This document shows positions 26,670 to 40,196 of a stretch of DNA of 64,000 nucleotides, in pieces. Within the stretch, counting starts at the first letter, position 1; the number at the start of each line of letters is the position of its first letter. The position numbers were made by a program, and so were the translations under genes. This stretch comes from Bilabrum cf. latius (taxonomy: Eukaryota). Under the pieces are notes generated by a model. It was not told the DNA's origin. It did not search any database and worked only from the letters and a program-made list of their open reading frames with translations. The stretch spans positions 868,001 through 932,000 of the forward strand of contig OZ237737.1 in NCBI GenBank assembly GCA_965178125.1, given 5' to 3'.

Positions 26670-29600
26670 ATGCAACAGAGTTTGGCGAGAGTGGAAGAGC
26701 GCCATGCAGAAGCTTAGAAAACTGCTAAAATCACACAGCTAGCCAATTCTACGCTCGAGACGCACAAAGGGTACCAGTGAGTTTAGCTCTCACACTGCTG
26801 CACACTTGCCTCCAACGGATTCTTCGAGTGACAAAAGGTTGCACCACACTAACTTCCCACTTCCATCAAAATAACGCAGTGGCATCGAATCGGATGTTTC
26901 CATTGCGTTGGGCCATACAGGGGATCGGCTGTCGCACCTTGGGGACCTTGAGGCACGCGTTGCGAGGATGCGCGAGCGACTTCGAGGGACGATCGCACCA
27001 TCTGCGCTTGCTCGAGAGGAAGAGCGGAAAAGAGCAGTGAAGGCATCAAGATTGGATAGACTGAATGGCGTTGCTCCAACGGTGCAGAACCGCGAAGGTT
27101 TGGAGGCACGACACACTCGTGAAGACCAGGAATTCCAAGAGGAGCAGCAGATCGAAGCCGACCTGCAGCAGGGCAAGCTCGAGCTGACAGTGCACGAATC
27201 AATGGACCGAGAATTGGGTCGCTTGACAACTTCGCATCTGACACGAGCGGATGAAGACGCCAGATAGTCCCGCAGCGCCAAGATGGACTCATACGCCCAG
27301 TCTCGCGACCGCCAGAAAGTGCTCCGGATGAAGCAGGCAGAGGCCAGGCGAATGGCGCTGGGCGCGGGCGGCAATGGATTCTAGGCTCCCGGTGATGGCA
27401 TTGTGGCAGGGGCTGCAAAGCAGGTGGCTGGCAGGAGGCAGCGCGCGGCCGGGGGCCCCCTCAAGGGTATCCTGGATCGGCAGCACGCGGGCGGCGTCAA
27501 AGGGAGAGACGGGCCGCGAACCTTCGTCGACGGGAAGGAGAGCGGGCAAGATGGAGACGGTGGGCCCTCCTTGCCTGGTTCCTGGGCCCCTTTGGAGAGC
27601 GTTAGGGAGAAAGGGGCCTTGCTCAGGCCGGTGGCAGGGGGCCAGGGGGCAGCAGTGCACACGCTGTCCTCTGTGGCATTGGCCAGTCGTGCAGCGCTTC
27701 TGATGGCGACCCAGCGCAAGGAGAGGCACACGGAGATACGATTGGACGGAATCGATGGCACGCTTGGGGATGGGCGCAACGTATCTACCGCAGCGCGAGA
27801 CGAAGTCTCCATGGGCCTGCTCGTGGGTGATGCCGCAGCGCGGCGTGAGGCGCTGTTTAGAACCTCCACGGGCCACGAGCAGTTCATTGTGCAGGGGAAA
27901 GATGCGAGTGGAAGCCAGGCACCTCTCGCCACGGCCATTGGCAGGCCAGCCATCACCGGTCAGCTGCGCGTGCTCGCGTCGGGCATGTCTGGCGTGAGGG
28001 GGTCACGGGGCGAGGAGCAGCTTGACCCGTTGGAGGATGGGGCTGGCGACGGGGAGGGGAAAGAAAGCAGCGAGTTCCGACCAGCAGGTGAGGTTGTCCC
28101 TTCGGGTAGGAGCGGTCCTGCTCCCATAGAGCTGGGCCCCGATGGCAAGCCGGTTGGAATCGTTGTGGACGACTCGGCTGTCACACGGAAGCTCCCGCGG
28201 CCCCCTTCCAGGCCGGGTCTGAAGCCGCTGCCAAGCATTCGAACTGATGCAAAGAAGGGAAAAGGGGGTCCCAGTGTCCCAGCTTCAACATCGGCCGCGA
28301 ATTTATCTGCTCTCGAGAAAGGAGGCTTGAGAACTGCCAGCGTGCCTGGCATGCCAAGCGACGTCGGCAGGTCGCAGTCGATGAAGGGAATTGCTCACCG
28401 CCCACGGTCCACTACGGGCCGCCAGGGACTTGGGTTCCAGTTTGGTGGTAAGCAAGGTGGACCAGTCTCTGGCACTGTAGCGGCGGCGTCGGCTGCCGAC
28501 GACCCTGTGCCGTCGGACGCTGAAGCCGCGTCGTCGTTCTACTCCAGCGACAGCGATGGTCCAAGGGAAGGCCTCGATCCAAGAGAGCCCGTGGTGGTTG
28601 AAGAGCCGCAAGACGTCAAAGCAGCCCGATTGGCAATGGTATCTATGGGTCTGAAGAGAGTTGAGAGTTTCGAGCCGCCGATGGCCCCAAGGGACATCCG
28701 CGTGGTGGAAGTGGGGCACGATTTTCTGAGGCTGGAGTGGCAGCCGCCTGCCTTCGATGGTGGTTCCCCTGTGTACGACTACATTATCAGGTACGCAATG
28801 GTTAAACCGGAAACAGAGGAGGAACGGCGGAAGAGAAAGCGCAAAGAGAGGCGAATGCGATCGGCTGGGGAGGTTGTAGCGGACGCTGGCCCACAGATCA
28901 TCGAACCGCCACCACTGTCAACCACACGCTGGATCCTTGCCGACGATGCAATTGCCTCATCAGGCTTTACTATTGAAGGCCTTAGACCCGGCCTCGAGAT
29001 CTTTGACATCCGTGTGTCGTGCAAGACCGTGTTCGGTGGTGAGGGCGAACAAAGCGACCCCCTGCCCGTCGTGGTGCGCACACTGGACATGAACTTGCCT
29101 CTGCTGCCTTCCCCCGGATAGTTTAAGGTGATGAACGTGACAAGTCGGTCCTTTGACGTGGAGTTTGAGTATCCCTTTTTTCTCGAGGGGTAGACCGTCT
29201 CTGAGTTTGTGATCGAGTATGAAGAGCACAGCGCGACCATAGGACACGACGCCACGCCGCTAGATTCCATCAAGCGCAAGATACACGTGACTGCGCCCAA
29301 GTGGCCAAAGTGGTGGACACTGTAGGCCGAGACGCAGCAACGGGTTGCAAACGGGCAGCAGATCGAGTCAGCCCGCTCCAGCGACACTGAAAATGCCCCT
29401 GGCGGCATGGACGGGTCTGTGTTTGGCTTCAATCCATCCATAGCTAGCTCTGGATTCGGATCGGATGGTGCTGGAAGTGGGTACGACGATGCGGGACACT
29501 GGGTCTCCGGAACGCGGTACGGACGCAGACCAACTAGGCCCTGGCACCAGGTGAAGGCGGCAGACCTGATCATCCGGCACACAGTCAAAGGCTTGCGCGG

Positions 29601-32600
29601 AAACTCTCGCCACACTGGGATAGCCGTGCATTGCGTTTCTGCAGAGAGTTCAAAACCCGGTGAGAGCACCCTGCAGGTAGAAGAGGTTGTTACAAAACCG
29701 CCATCCAAGAGACAGAGCATCATTGCTGAGCTCAAGCGAATCAAGGTGATTCGAGGCGTCGCAGAGTAGCAGGCAGCGCAGGAGGGTGAGGAGGCCCAAA
29801 CTCTCATGGTTGACACAAGTCTCCTGACGAACGCCTTGCAGCGGGTGGAGCTGTCTGAGTACGAGAAGCGACTCAAGGAAGAACTAGCCAAGAAGCACGC
29901 TGATCGCGAAGACGGCGAGGACAGTGACGAGTCTGCGATTGCGGAGGAAGCCATGAGCGTTGACGGCAGCGTAGGCTCGGCTCATTACAGGCCAGAGTAG
30001 GCTGATGCTGGAGGTCTTGCTGAGCACCAGCAAAAGAGGAAACGAGGCCTTCAGCCGCTCAAGCTGGCTGATGGGTCCGCTACTAGCCCGCTAGCTCGTA
30101 GTGCTAGTCCGGCAGGGGGAGGTCTCGGCATAGCTGCACCTAGTCTCGAACTCGCTGAGCCATCGAGCCCATCCCCTACCCGCAGCCGCCGCACTGTGCC
30201 CGACTTATCGTCGCCATTAGCAGCTGCTGCACGGAGTGCAAGTGGCCCGGTTGTTGCCGAGTCTTCAATCCCGAGACCTGACTCGCAGCATGGATCTGCC
30301 AGGGCCGGAAGTGCCGCAGGAAGTGCAGCCTCCAGCGTGGAAGGCAGCGGTTCCGTGCCCCGGCTTCTCGGAGAGCCGCCGGTGCCCAGCCTTAAGGAGC
30401 CTTCTGCAGCCAAGTTTGGAGGTAGTGGGGATCTGAAGCCGTCAGCAAGGAGTGACCGGTCACTTCCGACAGATATGGAACGCTAGACCGGATCTACCAC
30501 CAGCGATGGACGAAGTGGCTAGGCCGCGTCATCCATGATGGCTGGCCGCCCGAGCACAGCTCCGTCGGGGGTGGTGCAGGAGCCATCAACGGAGCTCGGC
30601 TCGGATGTATCAATGCCGAGTATAGGACGGACTTCTGACAAGCCGATGAGGTCCGCGCTGCGGTCTAGCAGCAAGCCAAAGCGCAGAAGGGGTTCAGCGG
30701 TAAGTTTCGCCGGCGCTCCAATGTCCTCGGGAAGAGAAGAGCCACCAGGGACGCCTCCAATTCGCGGGGCGTCGCAAGCGGCTGGTGGCTCGCAAAGAGC
30801 GGTAAGCCCAATAGCACCGGGCTCTGCACTGTCGCAGCGATCGATAGGCTCTGTTGCCAAAGGACATATCGATGAGCATGTGGCCAGAAGCCAGAGCCCC
30901 GGAACTCCTAAGAAAAGGTCTAGGCGTGGAAGTGCCAATTCTATGAGTTTCTCTGTGCTGGCCGGATTCCGCCCGGGAACCGCCGAGTCTGAGGGTTCCG
31001 AGCTGGCTGGTGCCCTCCACTCTAGGAAGAAGCGCGCACGTAAAGGGCATCGCCGCCAGTCCGCCAAGACACGCAAGCTTATGGATGATGCTGAGCATTA
31101 GAATATGCTTCGGCGCGAACTGGAGCAGCACAAACGAACCGCCGAGAGAGAGCGCCGCAAGAGGCAGAGGCAGAATGTGCTGGAAGGCAGGCAGCCCGCC
31201 ACTTGGCTTACCGAAGAGCAGCGCCGGTACCTGAGAAAGAAACGGTAGTATGAGTACAGAATTGCCGAGTTGCAAAGATCACTCGATGCGGCTGCGGCCC
31301 GCCAGCATGCTGCCAAAGAGGTAGTCAGTGAAATGACGAGCAAGAGCGTGCGCGAGAGAAACCGCTTGTCACTCGTACTCACCGAGCTGACCAGAGTGAG
31401 TTCGCGGCCGGCGGACGAGCTCATCATGTCTTCCATTCGTACGGGTGCTCCCCAAGAGTTCGCTGCTTTGGAGCTGGGCCGCTAGCTAGCCGATGAGTGC
31501 GTCATGCTCAGAGGCGTGCTGTTGGCAAGATAGCGGAGGCTGTGGGCTGCCCAGCAAGACCTGAAAGACTCCTCGGCGAGAGTCATTGTATTCAGTGAGG
31601 CAGTCGGCCTGAGAAGAAGCCGCTTGCAACAGTTGACCAAGCGTGCATAGTTATCAAAGCGCATGCGTGGCGGGCTTAGCATGGGTGTCTTAAAAGAGGG
31701 GCTTGGTGCCGTGCTCCAGGATGCTGCAGATCTAGAGGGCGGGAGTGATGCTCTGCCATCTGCTCGATCGGTCGGGTCCGTGGGATCAAGTGGCAGCCGT
31801 AGTACGCTAGTGCCAAAGGAGAAGTCCAAGGCTGAAGCGCTCGCAGATCGCAAACGGGCAGTTCGTCGAATGCCACCAGTGGAGAAACGGAGACTGCTGC
31901 GGCAGTTTATGGACATTTGGTCTTCCGTTGCAATGTACAGCAAGCAGGACAAGCAGAAGTTGCGTGCTGTTATTCGAAAGATGATCCAACGCTGGCTTGC
32001 CAAGTCCTTCAGGTAGTGGCTGGCTTTTGCTCGGGAGGTGCGAGACGATTGGTGGGCCCCTGGTGTTGGACAGCGAGGCGTGCAGGACGAATCCAAGAAG
32101 CGATCTGCCGCAGAATTCGCTGCTGGGTAGGCCGCTCGTTCAGAAGCTAGACAGCAATCAAGGCTCGAAGCTTAGGAGGACAGCGTTGACCGCCTGGTTG
32201 CGAAGGATAGCTAGCTCCTCGCAAGCACGGGAGAAGATGACTTTGCACTAGTGCCTGTCGATCCAAACGACAGGAGCAAACGAGCAGCGCTCGCAATAGC
32301 CAAGGCGCAGTCCTCAAAGATGGATGGCGCCGTGACCGTGTACAAGCCCCCACCGCAGGCACCACACGACCCGTTTCAAAGACTCGTGGTTAAAATGAGG
32401 AGACGGATTGCTTCGGACGCTCTAGCTCTCATGAAGGCAGGAATCAACCCTGAATCAGTGGCAGGAAAAGGGACTATTCATCTTGCGCGAGCACAGGCAG
32501 GCCGAGAGGGCATCGTCGGTTTGACCGCGCAAATACTCGACGAGATCGCTGCACGCGACCAGGATCTGCAGCGCCAGCAAGCCTCGGAGCGTTGGAGGGA

Positions 32601-35600
32601 CCCAGCGGATGCACAGCGAGCTGCGAACGCGAAGGCTCAGGAAATTGCTGCGAAGGAGCCTGCAACGACGCCCCAGGCTGCGATCGCTAGGCTGCTTGGC
32701 TTGCCACAATCGTCCGCAGCCACCCGGTCCAAAGGTGGCAGCAGTGCCGGAACTTTGTCAGTCCTACTTGCGCTGGGGGGTAAGCAAAGCTCGGGTAAGA
32801 CTGGAGATGAAGAGGCCAGTGCAGTGCTCACTCGTATTGCTCAGGACAGGTTTGAACGCTTACAGCAGATTGCGCGCCTAGAGAGCTTGTTTGCTTCGAC
32901 GCCCCGTGATACTGTGCCGCCGCCGCCAGTGCATGGTACATTCGCCGACGTTGATTTTGATAGGGATGACAAGCGAAGGGGTGACATTGCTCTCATCGCT
33001 GGCCGTGCAATTCTACGAATGGCAAGGCGGGTGCATCAGGGGCTCAAGCAGAGCAGCTAGATCTCGGACAATTCCTTAGATCTGGGGCCACAGAACATGT
33101 CTATTGCTTCAAGTGATGTGGAGGGCTCCATCGTTGGCTTTGATCACAACGGCACGGATCCGGTGCTGTCCGCAGACGCTTCTGAGCACGGTACACCGCA
33201 GATGGTGCCGACTGTGCACCACCTCGAATCCATCTCGGTTGAGCAGTCAGAGGCGGTTATCCACGTGGCTGGGCAGGTACTGACTGCCGCAGACATGGCA
33301 GAGGCAGTTGGTTTGGCGGCCCGAGGATCGGCTGTGGTTTAGAACGATGAGCCGACGCAGGATCACCTGCACGGATTGGGTTCGAAACGCAGTGCATTAT
33401 CGAAAGCAAGAATCGGATAGGGCGAACAGCGTCGCCTTGCTGATGCCCCCCAGTATTCGGATGGGTAGTTTCCAGGCAAGCTCAAGGCAGGAATAGTCGG
33501 CGTAAAAGACGAAAGTGAAGAACCACATCCAGCTTTCTAGCACTCCGTGGATTCGCCTGCCATGCAGGCCCTCGTGCCAACCGTCGGTGCTGGCAGCGGA
33601 ATCCGTTCGAAAGGTGGTCCAGTCACGTCGCTCCCTGGCGTTCCGTTCGTACTACATGTAGTGTCTTAGGCTTTCTGGCGCCAGACGAATTCCGAGCGTG
33701 CGCTGCCTGCCTATGGCCGCCTGCTGTCTGCGTCTACATCGGTGATTGCTGAGCTTCGGGCTCGTCAAGCCGAAGCGCATCGCCAGCTGCAGTTGTGCGG
33801 TAGGCGCATCCGCCGCCGAATCGCAATGCAGAAGGCCAAAATGCAGCCAAATTTCGACAAGGCCATGACTTCTCTTCGATCCGTTGTGCACAGGCGTGCT
33901 GGAGCTGAGCTGGAGAACGAAGAGAGTCTGCTAAGCCTTTCCAGAGCCGATACCCTTGAAGGCATCAATGGAGCAATAGATGTAGGGATGCCGGAGTCAC
34001 CCAGGTCTGAGCACCGGCTCACGTCAGCATGGCTGCCCGGTGCCGGTCGCAGCTTGACGCCAAACGTCCGCAAGGCTGCCAGTGTGGCATCCGCGTTCGA
34101 AGAAGATCCCAATGCATCAGTCGTGCAGTCTGAGGCGGGGACTCCGGCGGCTTCCGGTGCGCGGCGATTTGAGTTTGGCACAGCAAGTGCGATGCGCCCA
34201 CAGGGCGGCCAAGCTGGCGGGGCCGACGGCGTTCGTGCTGCTACTGCGGGAGCCACGGCTGTGGTGCACGAAGAAGACTCGAACGGTCTCGCCATACTAC
34301 TGGACATTGAATCATTGCGGCAGGTGCAGCGACTGCTGCGCTCGCGTGTATCTTCTTTGAGGCGTGCGATTGGCCGCGAGGACTACAGGAGGAGGGCCTT
34401 GCAGCTGCGCATTGCTGACTGCTGCGCCCTAGTTGGGCGGATCAACAAGGCCGAGGATGCGTACCGACGGCTCATCACCGTATCGGCAAAGGAAGGCGAA
34501 TGGGAAGGCGTGGCAGTCGCTTCGGAGCGCCTGGCATGCATGCATTTTGGCATGAATATGCCGCTAAGCGCGGGTAAATGGCTACTCCGGGCACTTGACG
34601 CTTGGCGCGCTCTAGCTCGGCGAGATCCGAACGATGTTTTCTACTACCTTCGCACTGTTGATCAAGAGACAGAGGCAGAGTACAGGGAGGCCACCACGTT
34701 TAGAGAGAGGCTGAATCGTGCCACTCGCGGTGGCAAACTTGACGCTGGCCCCATTTCTGACCTTGCTAGCACGCTAGGTGGGGGTGAGCTCGGAGACATG
34801 CAGCCCAAGTGGCCCCCTCCGCTAGGTTTCCCACGACCTCCAGATGGTGTAATTCACCGGCATATGGCTCGGGTACTGAACGCTGCAGAAATGGTGGGCT
34901 TGCTACGCGCTGACCTGCACTTTGTGTCCAGAGCTCGCTCCCTCCGCCGCGAGCTGGGACTTGACCCGAACGACCTGCCTAGCGGTGCAAGGTTCCGAAA
35001 GAAGCACGCATCGCAGGGCGTGTTCATGCTGCCAAAGGGCATGTCTGCGAGGCAAGCCGCTGAGTCCGGACTGGTGCGTGATGCTGTTCGCAAGCAGCAG
35101 GAGGATGCTACCAAGCGAAATGAGTCCGGGAAAGGGCAAGACGGCGAGGATGGCCTAGAGGCTATGCGTGCTTCGGGGTCTATGCTGGGTGGCTCAGACA
35201 ACGGTGCAGGCAACGGCAAAAAGAAGCGCCGGAGCAGCATTGCAGAGCAAGCAGTCAGTGTGATGCAAGCAGCTCAGAGCGACAGCCTGGCAGAGGAATC
35301 TATGGTCAAGGTAAAGAAGGGTGGTATTGCATTGGAACAGGCTGCTTAGAAAGCTTTTAAACAGCTTAGTGAGCTCGAGTAGCTCCTCCACTCCGCCGTT
35401 GCAGAGAGCCTGCCTGATCTTCGCCTCGAGCAGGTGGGGCCTTCAGTACCACCTATCCGGTCCAAGATTAGAGCATGCCGCCGCCGCATCTTGAAAGAGG
35501 AGCAAGCGCGCATCACAATGCGACGCCGGAGAAAGGAGCTGGGGGAGGCTACTGATGAGGACAAGGCAACAATGAAGGTGCTTCAGTCCACTACAGCCAC

Positions 35601-38600
35601 TCATGTGGACATTCCAGTCTCCAACGGAGCACAGATCGCCTCCGAGGCTTCACTGGCGAAGGGCGTTGGAGGTGTTACCATGCAGAGGATGACGATCCGT
35701 CACGCCCGAGCCACACTCTCAGCACGCATCGAAAGAAATGAGCAGGAACGAAAAAGCCTGGACACTCGAATCAAAGCTGCAAGAGTCCGGATTGCGAACT
35801 TGCGCGACACGCTGGGTCAGCTAGAGAAGGATCTTGACGTCAACACATCTGCGCTGGCGACTGCGACTCTGGCAAACCGAGCCGTTCGATCCTTTTCGTT
35901 TTTCTTGGGGAATGAAGAGAGCGACAACGTGATGGGGCGCGGCCGCACCTGGGCTCAAGGCACCGAGGAAGCCAAGCGAGAGATTGTGTGCCCTCGATGC
36001 AAGGAGCGGAATCTGGTGGGTGGCAAGGGCGTAGGCCGGATGCCTGATAAGAAACCGCCGCCGTCGCTGATTGATGGCATATTGGACAAGAGTGATGCTG
36101 CCTAGGAGGCCGGCGACGTCGCCAAGAAACCATCGGGTCTCACAAGCACTGCAAAGAGCTCGGGGGCACGACGAGCCTCGGCCATTGCATCATCCGCAGC
36201 TGCAGCTGGAATCCCCACCTCCAAAGGGCGTGGCGAAGTGCCAGGGTCCAAGGGAACTACTGGTGGTGCATCCTCTGTTGGAGACAGCGCATTGGGCCGA
36301 AACGCTGCAGTTGTGTACGATGACGACGAGAACTCCGAGGCGGACGAGCGAGAAGGGATGGAGGACGGGTCGGTGGCTTGCTGGAACTGCCGGTACTCAA
36401 TCGGAGCAGTTGAACTAGGCCTCGTACCGTACGTTGCATGCGTGCAGGGCAGCGATGTATGCATTCATAGGATCTACAGGACACTTGAAGAGGCCCAGGG
36501 CGAGTACGCCGAGCGCGACATCCGTGAGGCTGACTACTTGGATGGCGCGGCAGATGAAGTCACCATGGCGAAGGATGCCCTCGCACGCCGTGCTGCTCGG
36601 CTGAAGCAGCTCAAGCAGAAGCGCAAGACCCGTATCCAGCAGAGTCGGGCCAAGAAGAAGGATGCTGCCGCTCGGAAGAAGGGCAAGGCTGACTCGAAGG
36701 GTAAACGAAGTCGCAAGAAGAAGGGCAAGGGCGGGAACGATGGTGACGACAGCGATGACTCCTCGTCGTCTAGCGGCAGCGACGGCGACATCCAACCAAC
36801 TGTGCTGTCCAAGTGCGTCAAAATCATTCAGTGTGACTTGCGAGCGATGGACAAGCGCGAAGTCCGTTCGCAAGTTGCTGATGCCAGCGCTGGTGGCAAA
36901 GTTCTTCAGCAGCTGGTTGACTCAGTGCAAAGGGGAGACTAGCGAGCAGTCGCTCGCATGACAGGCGACCGAAGCGTGCTGTACCCAGACGAGAAAGCAG
37001 AAGTGAGCAAGATGGACATCGCAGCAGGCCGCATTGTATTAGATCCCAGTCAGACTTTCAAAAGTATGCTGGATGACTCTAGCGACGATGGTTCCGATGA
37101 AAATGGTGACACTGGGCCTTCGAGCGGGGCAGGCAGTGGTTCTGGACCGCGGGCTGAGTACGGCGGGGGTCCTTCCCGGATCGGCATCAGCGGGCTTTTG
37201 GCAAGCCGCCGACGTGACAAGAAGAGAAAGAAGGCAAGACGGGCGGAAGCGAAGGAAATTCAGCTAAAGAAGCTACAACGAGGCCACAGTCGCGCTGTGA
37301 CCTGCATTGAAATCTCTTCGAATCGGCTGTATACCGGTTCTGCAGACTGCAGCATTCGTGCGTGGAGCTGGCGGGAAGGCAAGTGCTTGGGTGAAATGAC
37401 GGGGCACGGGGGCGCAATCCTTGCACTCTCACTCAGCTCCACTAGAACTACTCTAGCTAGCGGAAGTGCAGATGGGACGATCCGCGTGTGGGACTGTCGC
37501 ACGTTCTAGTGTACCCGAATTATCCGGAAGCACGATGCAGGTGTGACCTGTGTGTCCCTGTGGCACGATATGTTGGCAAGTGGTAGTGCAGATGGAGTGG
37601 TAGGCGTTTGGGACCTGCGCAAGCGCAACATCACAACGGAAGCTGCCATCGCAATCTAGCAGCTCCAGGAGTCGCACAAGAAGATGATTGAAGAGAACAA
37701 GGAGTAGGAGAAACGGGCGCAGCTCGGTCTGTCTGAGCTTCGCAGCGAGCGGTTAAAGGCAATTGATCGCATGAACAGTGCAGAAGGGGACGGCGAAGAT
37801 GAGGCCGAGGATAGCGGAAGCTAGGAAGGCAGCGATGAGGATGATGGCATTGGCCCAAGCAAGAGGGCAATGCGGGATGTAGAGAAGGCCAAAAAGCGTG
37901 CTGAAGAGGAACTGCGGAAGCAGTAGGCCTACAAGCTTGAGGATGATTCTGAAGCGATGGCAATTAACCCGTACAGCAGCGAGACCCCTTCATCCTCGGA
38001 GGACGAGAGCAGCGACACCAGCGACACTGCAGAGGAGATCCTGACAACCGACTCGGAGTTCACACCGGGCCCCGATGGCGTGAAGAAGCGAATCACCATG
38101 CGTCAAAAGGAGCAACGCAAGCTACGACGACTTCTGAAGGGCATGCCGAAACCGCAGCGACCCGGTGCCCGCATCATTTACACGACTCGAGGAGAAGTTG
38201 CTGGCGTTGGATTCAAGGAGTTTACCAAGAATCAGACGTACTACGATAACCTAGAAGCGCTCGCCACATCAAACCCAAAGCTGTTGGCAGAGTAGAAGGC
38301 GATTGCAGTGCAGCGTGGCAAAGACGCAATGCTGGGAGTCCTGGATCCAGAGACGTTGGACCGCCAAGAGAAAGAGGCGCTGGCTGACGCAGAGGAAGCA
38401 AACCGTGACACGCGCACTGCCCTCTTGCAGATTGCAGGAGGTCTGCTTGGTGGATCTGGCTAGCGCAAGGAAGCTCTGGAGCGGTTCGAGCGGATGGAGA
38501 GAAAACGACGGATCGAGCGGAGGCGCGAAAAAGCCCGACTTCGTCGAGAACGTGCGATCCGCCAAGCCCGCAGGCAGAGGCTGCGCGCACTGAAACGGTA

Positions 38601-40137
38601 GCAACGCGAAGCGCAGCGCAAGCTTTCTGAGCTTCGTCGGTTGATGTCGTAGTAGCAGAAAATGCGAGAAGCTGAAGGAGATGGTGTTGTTCGGGTGACA
38701 GCGGAGTCGAAGGGTTTCGATGTTTACATTGGGCACCAGAGCGATGGGCGAGCGATGGTTAAACGACTCGAGCGAAAAGAGCTTCTGCTCGATGTGCACA
38801 CCTGCAGCATTTCCTCAGTGTGCTTGAGAACTCCACAGCTAGTCAGCGGAGATCAGGGCGGCTTTGTCATCATTTGGGACGTGTACAGAGGTGTCCCTTT
38901 GCACGTGGTAGACACACAGCCGCAGACTCAGCTTCCTCGTGGAATCGCTCGCCCAGACCCGATTGCTTTGCGCAAGAATCCGGGAAAGTTGATTGGTGTG
39001 ATCGGTGTCGAGGCCAACCAGCTCGCAAAGGAAGCCGATGAAGACGGAGGGGCATCGAGCGACGAGAACAACGAGGGTCCATCCGGTGCACTTGTTGCTC
39101 GCACTCCGGCCATGAAGCAAGCCTTAGCTATTTTCCATGGCGGGTACAGCATTGCAAAAAGGAAGGAGGCTCAGGCTTCAAAGCATCAAGGTGGGAAGGT
39201 GGTTCCAATGGGCGAAAAGGATGAGACAGCGGGTGTATCCGAGATGTCCACCGACGTCTTGCAGGCAATTCGAGGCTATGATGAGACGGCGATGCTGAAA
39301 GAGGCGGCGATGGACCAACGAATGAACACTCTCAGGGCAGAGAGGGCAATGATGGCTTCCGCACTGACATTTTATCCTGCTGCACTGATTGCAGCGGATG
39401 AAGCAGGCCAAGCGGAAGAGGCACTAATGGAAGAGTACGCTCACATGGCTGGCCCATCTGCAGTGGCAGTCGCACGTCTCAAGGCAAAAACGAAGAAACT
39501 GCCGCCTGCCGAGAGCTCAGAAGGCTAGCAACTGGTTCCTTACTAGTCTCAAGGCTCGGCAAAAGGCGAAGCTGGTGAGACCGAAGCAACCGGTGCAGCT
39601 ATGCTGGCCTCTAGCGGTGTGTCACAGCTGTATGCTAGGCGAAGGGTGGCCATGAAACTCACAGAGGTCACTGCACAAGTAGCTGAGGGTGGTCTTGGCG
39701 TGCTGCCTAACATCTCTAAGGGTGGGCAGAATATTGGTCGGCGCGCCGGTAAGGTTCAGCAACCGAAAGGGTCAACAGCATCAGATCCGTTGATGTAGTC
39801 ATCAAGCGGGCAGGGTACCCGACTTGCAGCGGCCCCGGATCGCCGTTGGCCGATCAGCAAGATCACCATGTCTTCCCGGCGGTATGTGATTGGACTTGGC
39901 CACGGTGTGATCCAGGTGCTAGATGGCACTACTGCTGAGCGACTAGCATCAATTCACCCGGAGCTCGACGAAAGCGCAGAGCAGGATCCAACGTCGATTC
40001 GAGCCGGCGACTTGCGCCTACTTGGCTTAACGTTTGACACGCGCTCAGTCATGGCTAGTTTCAATGACGGCCGCATCAGGCGGTGGAAATTGAACAGCAG
40101 TGACCGCGACGATCTTGTCTTGCTCGATAGAGATTGA
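26670..40137 (+). CDS. Giant FN3 / coiled-coil / WD40 protein (~4450 aa); 5' end uncertain
   Basis: 26880..40137 is a single frame with about 41 TAG and no TAA/TGA until TGA 40135-40137, which is followed by TAA. FN3 motifs PPMAPRDIRV..LEWQPPAFDGGSPVYDYIIRY. WD40 motifs GHSRAVTC..LYTGSADCSIRAW and LASGSADGTIRVWD. Probable intron 26777-26879 (GTGAGT..CACTAAC..CGCAG). A further upstream exon is possible. Confidence 0.85.
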
Positions 40138-40196
40138 TAAATTTGTGAGAAACGTCATCAGTACCCGATGGATTATATGGTAAATTAAGTACACAA

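Noticed and set aside
26880-40137. Many small separate genes as listed in the ORF track
   Set aside because: All fragments share one frame, the gaps are open apart from TAG, and FN3 and WD40 repeats span the TAGs.
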